Shown one piece after another: positions 12,721 to 25,868 of a DNA stretch of 64,000 nt (its first letter is position 1; each line of letters begins with the position of its first letter). Made by a program: the position numbers and the translations under genes. The stretch comes from Octopus sinensis. Taxonomy: Eukaryota. The notes under the pieces were generated by a model, which had not been told where the DNA came from, did not search any database, and saw nothing but the letters and a program-made list of their open reading frames with translations. The DNA is taken from assembly GCF_006345805.1 (NCBI RefSeq), contig NC_042999.1, positions 37,572,001 through 37,636,000 of the forward strand, in the 5' to 3' direction.

Positions 12721-14111
12721 CCATCACCAACTTCAAATTCTGCCGAAGTCAACTTTGTCGGCTATCCTTTTGGGGGTCAATGAAATAAACACTAGGGTTG
12801 ATGTAATCAGCAGTCCCCTTCCCCACAATTTCAGGCTTCATGCCACCACCACTGCCACTGCTACCACCACCACTGCTGCTGCCACCACCACCACCACCGC
12901 CGCTGCCACCACCACTACCACCACCACCACTGATGTCGTCGTCATCATCATCATCATTATAAGGGTGGTGAATTGATGGACTCATCAGGGTGTTAAATCA
13001 AATGGCAAGAGACATTTGTTTTAGCATCCTCTTCCAGCACTCTACACTCTGAGTTCAAATCCTGCCAAGGTCAACTTTGCCTTTTTTCTCTTTCTGGTCA
13101 GTAAAATAAAGTACCAGTCAGGTACTGGATGCCAGATATGAGTAATCCCTTCTCTTAAAATCTACTGGATTTACCTCGTACCTTTTACTTGTTTCAGTCA
13201 TTACACCACGGTCATGCTGGAGCACCCCCTTGAGGAATTTTTAGTGAAATGACTCGACCCCAGTACTTGTTTTTTAAAGCCTGGTACTTAGTCTATTGTG
13301 GAGGCACAATGGACCATTGGTTAGGGCAGTGGACTCGCAATCAGAGGATCGCAGTTTCGATTCCCAGACCGGGCGTTGTGTGTGTTTATTGAGCGAAAAC
13401 ACCTAAAAGCTCCATGAGGCTCCAGCAGGGGGTGGCGGCGACCCCTGTTGTACTCTTTTGCCACAACTTTCTTTCACTCTCTCTTCCTGTTTCTTGAGTA
13501 ACGCTGTGATGGACTGGTATCCTGTCCAGCTGTGGGGAACACATACGCCACAGAAACCGGAAAATCAGGCCCATGAGCCTGGCTAGGCTTAAAAAGGGTG
13601 ACATTTTTTTTTTTTTTACTTAGTCTATTGGTCTCTTTTGCTGAACTGGTAATTTATAAGGCTGTAAACACACCAACACTGATTGTCAAGCAGTGGTGGG
13701 AAATAAACACGGATATAAACAAACACACACACACACATGACGGGCTTCTTTCAGTTTCTGTCTCTCAAATCCACTCACAAGGCTTTGGTTGGCCTGAGGC
13801 TATAGTAAAAGACACTTGCCCAAGGTGCCATGCAGTGGGACTGAACCCAGAACCATGCTGTTGGGAAGTAAATGTCTTACCATACCATACCTGCACTCTT
13901 TTACTTGTTTCAGTCATTTGACTGCAGCCATGCTGGAGCACCGCCTTTAGTCGAGCAAATCAAAACACCAGGGCTTATTCTTTGTAAGCCTAGTACTTAT
14001 TCTATTGGTCTCTTTTGATGAACCGCTAAGTTACGGGGACGTAAACACACCAGCATCGGTTGTCAAGTGATGTTGGGGGACAAACACAGACACACAAACA
14101 TATACACACAC

Positions 14112-14159
<48 letters not shown>

Positions 14160-14187
14160 GAGAAAGAAGCAACAAGAATGGATATGT

Positions 14188-14278
14188 TTTTAGTACAATC
14201 GTTTCATACAAGGACAGGCTTTATTAAAAGTTGCAAAAATTGCAGCATATAAACGTGTCCCGTACTCATCAGCTAAAA
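14188..14278 (-). ncRNA. Type-I hammerhead ribozyme (left arm, inverted copy)
   Basis: Reverse complement of 14370-14460. Confidence 0.85.
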
Positions 14279-14369
14279 TACATGTGAGTTCTCTAGACAT
14301 CCTAGTGGTTGAGGCTATACTTCATGAGTATAGCCTCAACCACCAGGATGTCTAGAGAACTCACATGTA

Positions 14370-14460
14370 TTTTAGCTGATGAGTACGGGACACGTTTATA
14401 TGCTGCAATTTTTGCAACTTTTAATAAAGCCTGTCCTTGTATGAAACGATTGTACTAAAA
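14370..14460 (+). ncRNA. Type-I hammerhead ribozyme (right arm of 331-bp palindrome)
   Basis: ttttag-CTGATGA-gtacgggaca...tgtccttgtat-GAAA-cgattg-TA-ctaaaa. Confidence 0.85.
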
Positions 14461-16824
14461 ACATATCCATTCTTGTTGCTTCTTTCTCGCTTATAATCAC
14501 CCCACATTACTGTATTGTTAAAACCGTATAGTTTTTTGGTGCATCTAAGTTAGGTACCATATTCAAGTAAATTCATTTAAATTAACTTGAATCTTTATTG
14601 CTTTTTGTATATATATATATACATATATATACATAGATACGACGGGCCTTTTTCAGTTTCCATCTACCAAATATACTCACAAGGCTTTGTGAGTATAGCC
14701 CGAGGCTATAGTAGAAGACACCTGCCCAAGGTGCCACACAGTGGGACTGAACCCGGAACCATGTGGCTGGTAAGCAAGCTACTTACCACACAGCCACTCC
14801 TGCACTGTGTAGATAAATTAGACACAATAATTCTATCTTAATTGGTAGCATTGTAAAACTACAACAGATATATCTCACATCATAATTAATTAATTAATCA
14901 CAACGGAAACGTTTGTCCATCAGCATTATTGATTGTTTCCGGGTTGCACTTCATCATTACCATTTTCATCACTCTTGTATCACTGACATCTTTCTCCAGT
15001 CTCAATCCTCAATCAGCCACCTATAAATACCTACATGAATGACACGTGATACTCTTATAAACAGGATTGAGATTCTGGCTGGAGGTAAAAAAAAAAAGAA
15101 AAGAAAAAGAAGTCTAAAAATATTTCTTAATCGATTTTGGGAGAGGAAGAGGAAGAGGGTTTTGCAAACAACACTCTCTTTAATCATTATAAATATCCTC
15201 ATCGCTGCCACCATCGCCGCCGCCACCACCACTAATACAACAACCACCACCACCACCACCAACCACCACCACCACCACCACCACCACCACACCACCACCA
15301 CCACCACCACCAACACCACCACCGTTATCATTAACTATCACTATTATTAGTTGCAGTAGTAAAAGTAGACTTTATTGACACTGATGAACTATGGATCTTT
15401 TGATTCACCTGTGCTACGTTTTATTTCTTGTGGCCTAACTAACTTACCTGGACACTATTTCTCCAGCTTCAAGTCAGGTTTCTTAAGGTAAAAAGAAAAG
15501 TTTTTTCTCCAGTTTTCCTTCTCCAACATGAATATCAGAGGATTTGGCAATTGAGTGGTTATCCTCAAAAAGTCAAAAGCAATAAGTAACACATACAGAT
15601 TATATAAATATATACATATACATATATTCATACATACATACCTACCTACATACATACATATATAATTATACCTACCTACATACATACATATATAATTATA
15701 TATGGCGGTGCCCCAGCATGGCCGCAGCTTGTGAGCTGAAACTAGATAAAAAAAAAAAAATATATATATGTATGTATGTATATATATATGTATATGTATG
15801 TATACACACATATAATCACCTGCCACAGGTTGAACAGGAGTTTTAAGGTAGTATTTAATGATCAGGTGTTCTGTGTCCACTCTGACATCAGTTGTTTCAG
15901 ACACATTTTCACATGCAGATAAGGTGAGCCTATTCTAAAATCCAGGATACGCGTACATATGTATGTATATTTGTACCTATAGACATACATAAATATATAT
16001 GCATTCATATTTTTCAACTTTTTAGAAAAGTGGAAAGAAAACAAAAGAACAAAAAAATCAAAGCAGATAGGAAAAAAGAGAACAGAAAAATGCAAAGTTT
16101 AAAAACAAGTCTTCTACAACCATAACAACAATGACAACAAAACCAGCTATGGATTATGAAAATTAGCCACAAACCCAAGGAATAAAATTATTTCCTCTAA
16201 TCTACCTGTCTCTCAGGTGTAATGCAAAGGTATGAAATTTGAGATGTTTCTCTTTTCCCAACTGTTCAACTTTTCAACCTGTTCAATAAACAAACTTCTA
16301 CATTAGCTCTTGTTGGTATGAACTGATACCAATTTCCTTGGATTCTGTATTTTAGCCAATTTCCACAAATAAAATGGCATGCTGTTGTAGTCTGTGCAAG
16401 AAATGGATAAATTTTATGCAAGGTAAAACTGGGAAATACACGTTAACTCACCTGAATTCATCTGTGAATTCTACAACAAAGACAAAACCAGCAAAGACTG
16501 ATGATGGTATAAATAAAACAGTTTCCACACTACATGATATGAATTTGGAGGAACTACGTACACGCAATGGTGCCAGTCAGATGCCTCCCCAAACATGACT
16601 GCAACGAAACTGAAGACCTATATATATAAATATATATTTGTATATATATAAATATATATATATTCTTTTATTTGTTTCAGTCATGTGGCCATGCTGGAGC
16701 ACTGCCTTTAGTTGAACACAATGATCCCAGGATTTATTCTTTGAAAGCCTAGTACTTATTCTATCGGTCTCTTAACTGAACCGGTAAATTACAAGTACGT
16801 AAAGTGATAGTGATGGTGGTGAGA

Positions 16825-16862
<38 letters not shown>

Positions 16863-17179
16863 ACACACACACACACATATGACGGGCTTCTTTCAGTTTT
16901 TGTCTACCAAATCCACTCACAAAGCTTTGGTCGGCCTGAGGCTATAGTAAAAGACACTTGTCCAAGGTGCCATGCAGTGGGACTGAACCCGGTACCATGT
17001 GGCTGGTAAGCAAGCTATTTACCACATAGCCACTCCAGGTATGCGTATCAATATATCACGTGATCACGTGACTGACCAGACCATCAGATGTTGTTACACA
17101 TCGCTGGTCACAATGCGTTCGCATTGTTTTAGCCTTCGAATGACGCCACCCCACTGGCTAAGCCAGCAGGCCAGTATCA

Positions 17180-17212
<33 letters not shown>

Positions 17213-17237
17213 TATATACACATACATATATTTATAT

Positions 17238-17286
<49 letters not shown>

Positions 17287-17652
17287 TATATAGAAAACTT
17301 TTTTGAAGCTGAAAAGTCTTCACAATCTAAACTGTTTGTGCAATCCATCCAGTTTCAATAAAATATTAATTTACTTTATCTTTGGTATCTGAGTACTATT
17401 TTCTCCATTATGTTTTGCACAGATGCAATCACATTTACACACACACACACACACACACATCAACAAAACTGGAGAATATCACATCGTTATTTGGGGATTA
17501 CACCATGCAAGACCAATGATCGTTTCTATTGTGTAAGCATTTATAGATATTTATTTATATTGATATCCAATTGTTTGATGTAGTAAAGCAAGTTCGCTTG
17601 ACCACAGAGTGTTTATTACATATTTGCCTGTATTTATTCTCCTTATTACTTG

Positions 17653-17705
<53 letters not shown>

Positions 17706-18574
17706 TCATCATCATCATCGTTTAATGTCCGTTTTCCATGCTAGCATGGGTTGGACGGTTCAACTGGGGTCTGGGAAGCTAGAAGGCTGCGCCAGGCCCA
17801 GTCTGATCTGGCAGTGTTTCTATGGCTGGGTGCCCTTCCTAACGCCAATCACTCCGTGAGTGTAGTGGGTGCTTTTTACGTGCCACCGGCACAGGTGCCA
17901 GACGAGGCTGGCAAACGGCCACGATTGGATGGTGCTTTTTACGTGCCACCGGCACGGGGCTGTATAATATACACATAGTGTCAGCTTTTTCATATAGGAG
18001 AAAAGGATATGTTGGTAAGAATCATTGAAATGAATCATTGATAATGCAATGTGAGGCCCTTATATGACACTTGAACACCACCAAAGCTTTGCACATTTTA
18101 TTGCATAATGCACAGTTGTGCTGGCAGCCAGAAGGAATGGGTGCCACAGAATGAAGTCTTTTGATATGTCTTTTTAATCCTCCATCTTAACAGCGCACCT
18201 TTCCACAGGCTGCACATGTTCTTTTGCCAACAATAGCTATTTTGTAATTCATACACACATCCAAAATTAGGGAGCAGAGTAGATAGAATCCTGGCTACAT
18301 GTGTTTCGTAGCTAACAGAACCCTGGAAATAGTAATTACCTAAATGAAGGGTAATCCATTAGCTATTCGTTGGGCCAAAGAAACCTTAATCAAATGAAGT
18401 TTACATTGTCTTCAAGGGATCCTATGTTAACTCCCAGGATCTTACCTTTACATATATATATCTATATGTATATATGTGTGTGTGCACGTATGCTTAGGCA
18501 CTGGTTTTAATTGATTAATATCAACTTCTACCCTCATCATTTAATTTTATATATCATCATCATCATCCAGTGAA

Positions 18575-19090
18575 TCATACTAGCTTCATTTCTTTCAAGC
18601 TTTCTCAAGTCCTCTGCAGTCACAGCCCATGTTTCACTGCTGTGTAGCATGGCTATTTGCACACAGGTGTCATACAGTCTACCTTCACCTTATCGAAGAG
18701 GCCTTTTGTTTCCAACTCTCTAAACTTTGCCCACCTATTCTTATTCCAGCAGTTATGCTCTTGGAGCATCCACCACCACTACTGTCTTGATCACCTAGAT
18801 AACGAAAGCTATCAACTACTTCTAGGTATCTCCACTGGCTTTTGATGGAGTCTATTTTCTGTATATTTCTAGTATTTATTGTACCTGTGCATCTGCTATG
18901 CACAAAGAGTATTTTCCCGATTAACCTTCCTCTGATATTGCTGTGCCTCTTATGTGTCCATAGCTTGCACTGGGTACACTTTATGGAGTTTCTACCAATG
19001 CCTTTTCTACATATTGAGCAAGGCCATGTACCTGAAGGAATTTGTGATTTGTCTGCTTTCCTACTTACTCTAAGGCCCTTTGATTCCACT
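18575..19090 (-). mobile_element. RTE-like LINE reverse transcriptase fragment with Cys/His finger insertion
   Basis: ESKGLRVS...WPCSICRKGIGRNSIKCTQCKLWTHKR...LEVVDSFRYLGD (RT motif 6 to motif 7). Confidence 0.75.
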
Positions 19091-19524
19091 CCTGAAATTT
19101 TTTTCTCATTCTGGTAGTGATTTAGCTATAAGGACAAGGTCATTACATATTTTTCCTTAGCTCATATATAGTATTTTATAAGCTTAAAGCTTATAAGTGA
19201 TCCCCATGCAATCTCTAAAGAAAATAGTCTAATAATGGGGCATATAAGCCCTCAACGGAAAAAGTAGGTTTCAAACACCCCTATTTTTTTTCCATCGAGG
19301 GCTTATTGTGCTCCATTATTAGACTATTTTATTTGGTCATTGTGTGGTGATCGCTTATAAAATACCATTATTATTATTATTTACAGAATTGTAAAAATTG
19401 ATGCTGCTTAACAAAAACCATCACAGTACAATATATATATATCGGTGATCAGTGAATAGATTTCATTGTAAATATATATATTTTGCGAAGGCTAGACAGG
19501 CATCTCAACTAGCAGGTTCACTAT

Positions 19525-19571
19525 CCTGGGCTGATGATGGGTAAAGACCCAGAAACATGCATGTTCTCAGG
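19525..19571 (+). ncRNA. Minimal type-I hammerhead ribozyme
   Basis: cctggg-CTGATGA-tgggt aaag accca-GAAA-catgcatg-TT-ctcagg. All core nucleotides present, stems I and II pair, stem III region AACATGCATGTT is palindromic. Predicted cleavage after 19565. Confidence 0.9.
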
Positions 19572-19982
19572 TGTGAATCCTAGCTGGTGGGGGTGCTTGC
19601 CTCCCCTTCGCAAATATAAGGACACAAGAAATGTGTCAAAGCCGACAGGAAGCGTCGATGCTTCCTAGGGCTAAACAGTGGTGGTGTAATTCCCATACGG
19701 GACTGTCACGTTATGTTGACAGTATACAACCACTCTATATATATATATGTACACATGCACACACACATATATATATACATGCAATTATATGTATGTATTC
19801 ATCATATTGAATTGTTTATCCCTACACATTTTTTTCTCTCTCCATTTTGTTTCCTCTCAATCTTTTCTGTCGAAGAGTGCAAAATTGAAACGTCAAAGAC
19901 TTTTCCATTCTTCCCAAGCATTAAACTAATGTTCCTTCACCTGTCTTCATCTTTTGTTTTCTGTATATTTGAACTATACATA

Positions 19983-20020
<38 letters not shown>

Positions 20021-21200
20021 GGATAAAGCCCCGCTTTGGTCATGAATGCCCCTGGGATTGCACCTAGAAATTCCCCCCCCCCCAAAAAAAAACACAAGTC
20101 TGGGCAAGGTTGTTTATGGAAGACTAGCAGTTGCCCATGCATACCAACCTCCTCTCCATGCCACCGATATTGTTTAAAGGAAAGGCAAAGGCTGATACAG
20201 CTTGGCACTAATGACGTCACAACTCATTTATACTGTTGAATGAACTGGAGCAACATGAAATAAAGTGTCTTGCTCAAGAACCTAACACACAGCCCAGTCC
20301 AGTCCAGGAATCGAACTCACTACCTCATCATTGTGAGCCTGATGCTCTAACCACTGGGCTATGCGCCTTCACACATATATATGTTTATATATATGATGAT
20401 GAAGGACCGTTGCAACAAGTGTGTGAATCTGAGAGAGGAATATGTTGAATAAAATAACTGATCCTCCTGTATTTTCTTTAACTCAAAGCCAGGAACTTTT
20501 CCCACCCTCATGTGTATATATATATATTATATCAATATTTAGCAGAAGTAACAGAGTGACTCAAGGTCTGAGAGTTTTGTCATACATGATGGTACATATG
20601 ATGTGTGTTTTGGTAATTAAATGCCGTCTGAATGGTAGTAAAACTGACTATACACCTGGCGTTGTTACTGAGCATTTCCAAACTGTGCATGCACCTTACC
20701 TTTCAAGCAAGATACCAGTAGTAAACACCATCTTTAGCTTTGATGCAATGCACAGAAGCTGCCTCTCAAATTTCAAGTTATAATACCATTCAATTAACAA
20801 TTGATAGAAAGATTGATGATACCATTTGTCAAGTGGTATTATGCAAAGGTAATTTTAAAAGAGTGACAAAGGCACACACACAAGCAAGTGCACATTCAGC
20901 AGGCTTCCATATAGTACTGTCCACCAAATTTACTCACACTTCTTTAGTTGACCCAGGACTGTAATAGAAGACATTTGTCCAAAGTGCCAAACAAGGGTCT
21001 GAACTCAAAACCACATGGTTTCAAGGACCTTTGAATAAAACCCCCAAATAATGGTGTACAACAACATTAAAAAAAAATGCAAAATAAAACCTCAGTAGTT
21101 GTATTTGTTATCTTTAAAATCAAAGATATAAAAGTTTTGGAAATTCTCGGCATGAAACATTTCAACCAAAATATATGGTTTGTATGGTCATGGTGAATAA

Positions 21201-21231
<31 letters not shown>

Positions 21232-21239
21232 GCGCAAGC

Positions 21240-21558
21240 AGCGCATGGCTCAGTGGTTAGGGCGTCAAGCTTACAGTCGTGAGATTGTGAGTTCGAATCC
21301 CGGACCGGGCTGCATGTTGTGTTCTTGAGCAAGACAGTTTATTTCACGTTGCTCCAGTTCAATGAGTTGCGACGTCACAGGTGCCAAGCTGTATCGGCCT
21401 TTGCCTTTCCCTTGGATAACATCGGTGGTGTGGAGAGGAGAGGCCGGTATGCATGGGTGACTGCTGGTCTTCCATAAAACAACCTTGCCCAGACTTGTGC
21501 CTGGGAGGGTAACTTTCTAGGTGCAATCCCATGGTCAGCTATGACCGAAGGGGGTCTC
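21240..21558 (+). mobile_element. tRNA-derived SINE family D
   Basis: A-box TGGCTCAGTGG and B-box GTTCGAATCC. Copies at about 20022-20372 (-) and 55264-55512 (-); a related head at 13299-13600 (+). Confidence 0.8.
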
Positions 21559-22011
21559 AGCATGCACAAGTGCGGCTGTGTGGTAAAAAGCATGCTTCAC
21601 AACTGCATGGTTACAGGCTCAGTCCTACGGTTTGGTGCCTTGGGAAAGTGTCTTCTACTATAGCCTCAAGCTGATCAAAGCCTTGTGAGTGGATCTGGTA
21701 GACAGAAAGTGAAAGAAGCTTGTTGTGTATGTGTGTCTTAAAATGAATAAAAAGTGCCAGTTATGCTACTTTATACTGAAGTATAGTCTTTTACTTGTTT
21801 CAGTCATTTGACTGCAGCCATGCTGGAGCACTGCCTTTAGTCGAGCAAATAGACCCCAGGACTTATTCTTTGTAAGCCTAGTACTTACTCTATTGGTCTC
21901 TTTTGCTGAACTGCTAAGTTATGGGGATGTAACCACACCAGCATTGGTTGTCAAACATTGTTGGGTGGGGGGGAAACAAACACAGACACAAATATATACA
22001 CATACCTACAT

Positions 22012-22042
<31 letters not shown>

Positions 22043-23036
22043 GACAGGCTTCTTTCAGTTTTCGTCTACCAAATCCACTCACAAGGCTTTGGTTGGCATG
22101 AAGCTATAGTAGAAGACACTTGCCCAAGGTGCCACGCAGTGGGACTGAACCCAGAATTGTGTGGTTGGTAAGCAAGCTACCTGCCACACATCCACTCCTG
22201 TTCATAAATATAAGTCGAGGAAGAGAGATAAAGAGGAAAGAAAGCAGAGAGCAAAAAGAAGTCATAAAGAAACAAACAAAAAAACCAATAAACTTTCAAC
22301 ATTGTCTAATCAATTTAATAATTATAATAATTTTCTTCATATTTTTTTTTCTTGTTCCTCAAACGAACAAATGTGATTCTGATTAAAGCACATACATAAA
22401 AAAAAAAAATGGACATTTGAATTTATTTTATAAATTTTTTGATTTTCATGTTTAAAAAAAAAAAAAAAAAATCAGATTTTAAAACAATTCAAAGTAAAAA
22501 ATTAAAACAGCAAATTTATTTAGCGGTAATCAATGTCTTGAGGAGAGGGAATGAACAACAAATAAAAAAGCAATCTAGAATGCTCCATGAAGAATTTTTT
22601 TTCAAATCCTCAATTTTGACTGCCATAGATTTTGCAGTTTTAATCAGACATTGAAGATGCACTGTTTTAATCTTAGTTTCAGGTAAATACTACTAAAACT
22701 AATAATGATAATAATAGAGAAATGGAATGCAAGTAACTACAATAGTTATCATCACCATCACCACACCAACTACGGAAAAGGCTGGAAACAATAACATCAT
22801 CAACATCATCTTCATCATCACCACCGTTATCCTCTAACAATTCTAATAATAACAGTTTAAATAACAGAACAATAAACAACCCTTTTCTTCCATATTTTCC
22901 ATTTTTTTTTGCTTTGAATATATTTTTTTCCTTTAAAAACCTCTCTGAGATAACTTCCGTTCATTTTTTTTTTTTTTGTTTAAATCTTTCTATTACTCTG
23001 CAGGAAAACAGACCTCTCGCTTTGGAATCATTTCAT

Positions 23037-23077
<41 letters not shown>

Positions 23078-23452
23078 CAGATGGTAGATGTGTATTTTCA
23101 TGTTAGAGTGTCTTTCTGGTGTTAATTTAGACCCTAAAGACATCAGTTTTAAAACCAAATTGCAAAGAAATGAAATCCACCCACTAAAGAAGCAAAGTAT
23201 TTCATTTTCCATAGTCATTCAAATTTTATAAATTGTCTTTGACAGTTAAAAACCAAGTTATCTTTTATTGTATTTTGAAACTATTGTACGAACATACATA
23301 TTTACCATTATTATATACATTCATGTACACCCACCCACCTACCCCCACACACACATACATACATTTATTTATCTACATATACACACATTCAATTTTTTTT
23401 GATGTACATGATGTATTTTCAAAGAGGCTCATCCTGCTGCTTGATTAGAGCT

Positions 23453-23458
23453 TTTATT
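23453..23458 (-). promoter_or_regulatory. Candidate proximal polyadenylation signal AATAAA of ATP6V1H
   Basis: AATAAA about 25 nt after the stop codon. The AT-rich context and a possibly longer 3' UTR make this uncertain. Confidence 0.3.
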
Positions 23459-23483
23459 GCAAAAGCTAATCAGCTATAATTGT

Positions 23484-23559
23484 TTAACCCTTCACCGCAG
23501 CCATTCCAGGCTGTGATGACACTGGTTCTCTTCCTTCAAGTTGTTTGCCAAGGTATTCC
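23484..23559 (-). CDS. ATP6V1H: ATP6V1H exon 14, last coding exon ([24 protein letters not shown])
   Basis: ttttcag acceptor completes the TG|G Trp codon; TAA at 23486-23484. Confidence 0.95.
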
Positions 23560-25835
23560 CTGAAAATTAAAAGACAAAGAACTATGTCAATAATAATAAT
23601 AATAATAATAATTATTTCTTTACTACCCACACGGGGCTAAAACACAGAGGGGACAAACAAGGACAGACAAACGGATTAAGTCGATTACATCGAACCCAGT
23701 GCGTAACTGGTACTTAATTTGTTGACCCCGAAAGGATGAAAGGCAAAGTCAACCTTGGCGGAATTTGAACTCAGATTGCAGCGGCGGACGAAATACCTAT
23801 TTCTTTACTACTCATAAGGGGCTGAACACAGAGAGGACAAACAAGGACAGACAAACGGATTAAGTCGATTACATCAACCCCAGTGCGTAACTGGTACTTA
23901 ATTTGTCGACCCCGAAAAGATGAAAGGCAAAGTCGACCTCGGCGGAATTTGAACTCAGAACGTAACAGCAGATGAAATACGGCTACGCATTTCGCCAGGC
24001 GTGCTAACGTTGCCAATAATAATAATAATAATACTTTCAACTACAGACACAAGGTCCCAAATTTCTGGGGAGGGGACTAGTCAATTGCATCAATTCCAGT
24101 TGTTTTACTGGTACTTAATTTATTGACCCCGAAAGGATGAAAGGCAAAGTTGACCTTGGCAGAATTTGAACTCAGAATGTAGAGCGAGATGAAATGCCGT
24201 TTTGCATTTCGCCTGGTGTGCTAATGATTCTGCAATAATAATAATAATAATAATGGTCTCAAATTTTTGCACAAGGCCAGCAATTTCGACCCCCAATGCA
24301 CAACTGGTACTTATTTTGTTGAGCCTGAAAGGATGAAAAGTAAAATTGACATTGGCAGAATTTGAACTCAAAACATAAAGATGGACAAAATGCTGCACTA
24401 GGGATTCTGCCAGCTTGCTGCCTAAATAAAATAATGATGAATGTAATAATAATAATAATCATCCTTTCTACTATAGGCACAAGGCCTGGAATTTGGTGGG
24501 AGAGGGATAATTGATCCCAGTACTCAACCAGTACTTATTTTATTGACCCCAAAAAGGAATTTGAAATGTAATAATAATAATAATAAGAGCACTCAGAGTG
24601 CAAACCTTCACCAAGGCAACACCAACGTCCTCTCAATGATTAGCCAGAGATGGTTTTTAAAATGAGAAAATCTGAAATAAACTTGACTGCTCTCACAAAC
24701 GAGAATACTAAAAATGAACTTGGCCGCTCTCAAAAATTAAGTAAAAAAAAACAGGAGAAATAATTCAGTATTCTTGTCTGATACTGGATCGATCCCAAAG
24801 TCTAATCAGTTTGTGCCAGTCATGAGGCCAAACATTCCTGAAAGTTTCATCCGAATCCATCCAGTGGTTCTTGAGATATCTTGTCTATGGGCAAACAAAC
24901 AAACACAACTGGAAACAATACCTCTGCCTTTGCTAGGGTGGAGGTAATAATGATAATAGTCCCTTAGTGGCTGACGATATGTGCATCTCTGATCACGAGC
25001 AGAAGTAGTGGGGGAGCATCATAGCCATGTGTCGAGAGGGATTCTTTGGGGTTTGAATAATTCACCTCTGGAAACATGGGTGGTTCTTTCAACATCCTTA
25101 AATAACCCTTATTCAGGGACCTTTTGAGCGGGATGGGCTACTCAACCTGAAGAAAATTCTAACTGAGCCCCACCTGCAAGGTCATGTGCTGTTTATCTAG
25201 ATATGAGATCACCATGTCGCGCACATATGGTTGTGATGCATGTGCCTGGGTTGTCATGATGGGTATATTGGGTTTCGTATATTTTACCCCAGTGTCACTT
25301 TGATGGCATGAACTACTCTCTCACTCAATAATAATAATATTAATAATAATTTGTTTCAAATTTTGGCACATGGCCAGCAATTTTAGAGGAATGCTCAAAT
25401 GGTACTTATTTTATTAACCCCAAAAGTCAATGTCGGTGGAATTTGAACTTAGAACATAAAGACGAAAGACATGGCACTAAGCATTTTGTCTGGCATAGTA
25501 ATGTTTCTGCCAGCTTGCTGCTTTAATAATAATGATTATAATTACTTCTAATATTGGTAAAATGTCTGAAGTCTGGGGAAGAGGGTTAGTTGACTAAATC
25601 GACCTTAGTACTCAACTGGAGTTGATGTACTTTAATTCATTATCTCCAGAGGGATGAAAAAAGTAAAGCTGAGCTTAGCAGAATTTGAACTCAGAATATA
25701 ATGAGTTAGAAGAAATCATTATGCTCCCAGTCAAATTTACTTTTCATCCCCTTCCCGGGTCACTAGAATAAAGTACCATTCAAGTACAGGAGTAATAATG
25801 ATAATAATAATATTAATAACAACAACAACAACAAC

Positions 25836-25868
<33 letters not shown>

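Larger units (their letters stand above)
14159..14489. repeat. Near-perfect inverted repeat, 163-bp arms, 5-nt loop (Penelope-like inverted terminal structure)
   Basis: 14159-14321 is the reverse complement of 14327-14489 with one mismatch seen. It is inserted in the (TA)n tract of a SINE. Confidence 0.95.

Noticed and set aside
11952-12985. Pro-, Ser-, Glu- and Gly-rich ORFs of up to 294 aa
   Set aside because: Open in several frames on both strands because of (CCT)n and (ACC)n repeats.
14915-14987. C/D-box snoRNA-like pattern on the minus strand (TGATGA...CTGA)
   Set aside because: No recognisable rRNA or snRNA guide, and it overlaps a candidate terminal exon.
18045-18145. H/ACA snoRNA-like two-hairpin pattern on the minus strand
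   Set aside because: Short upper stem, and the pocket-to-H-box spacing does not fit 14-15 nt.
21240-21310. tRNA-like sequence
   Set aside because: It continues into a SINE body and lacks a proper acceptor stem, so it is a SINE head.
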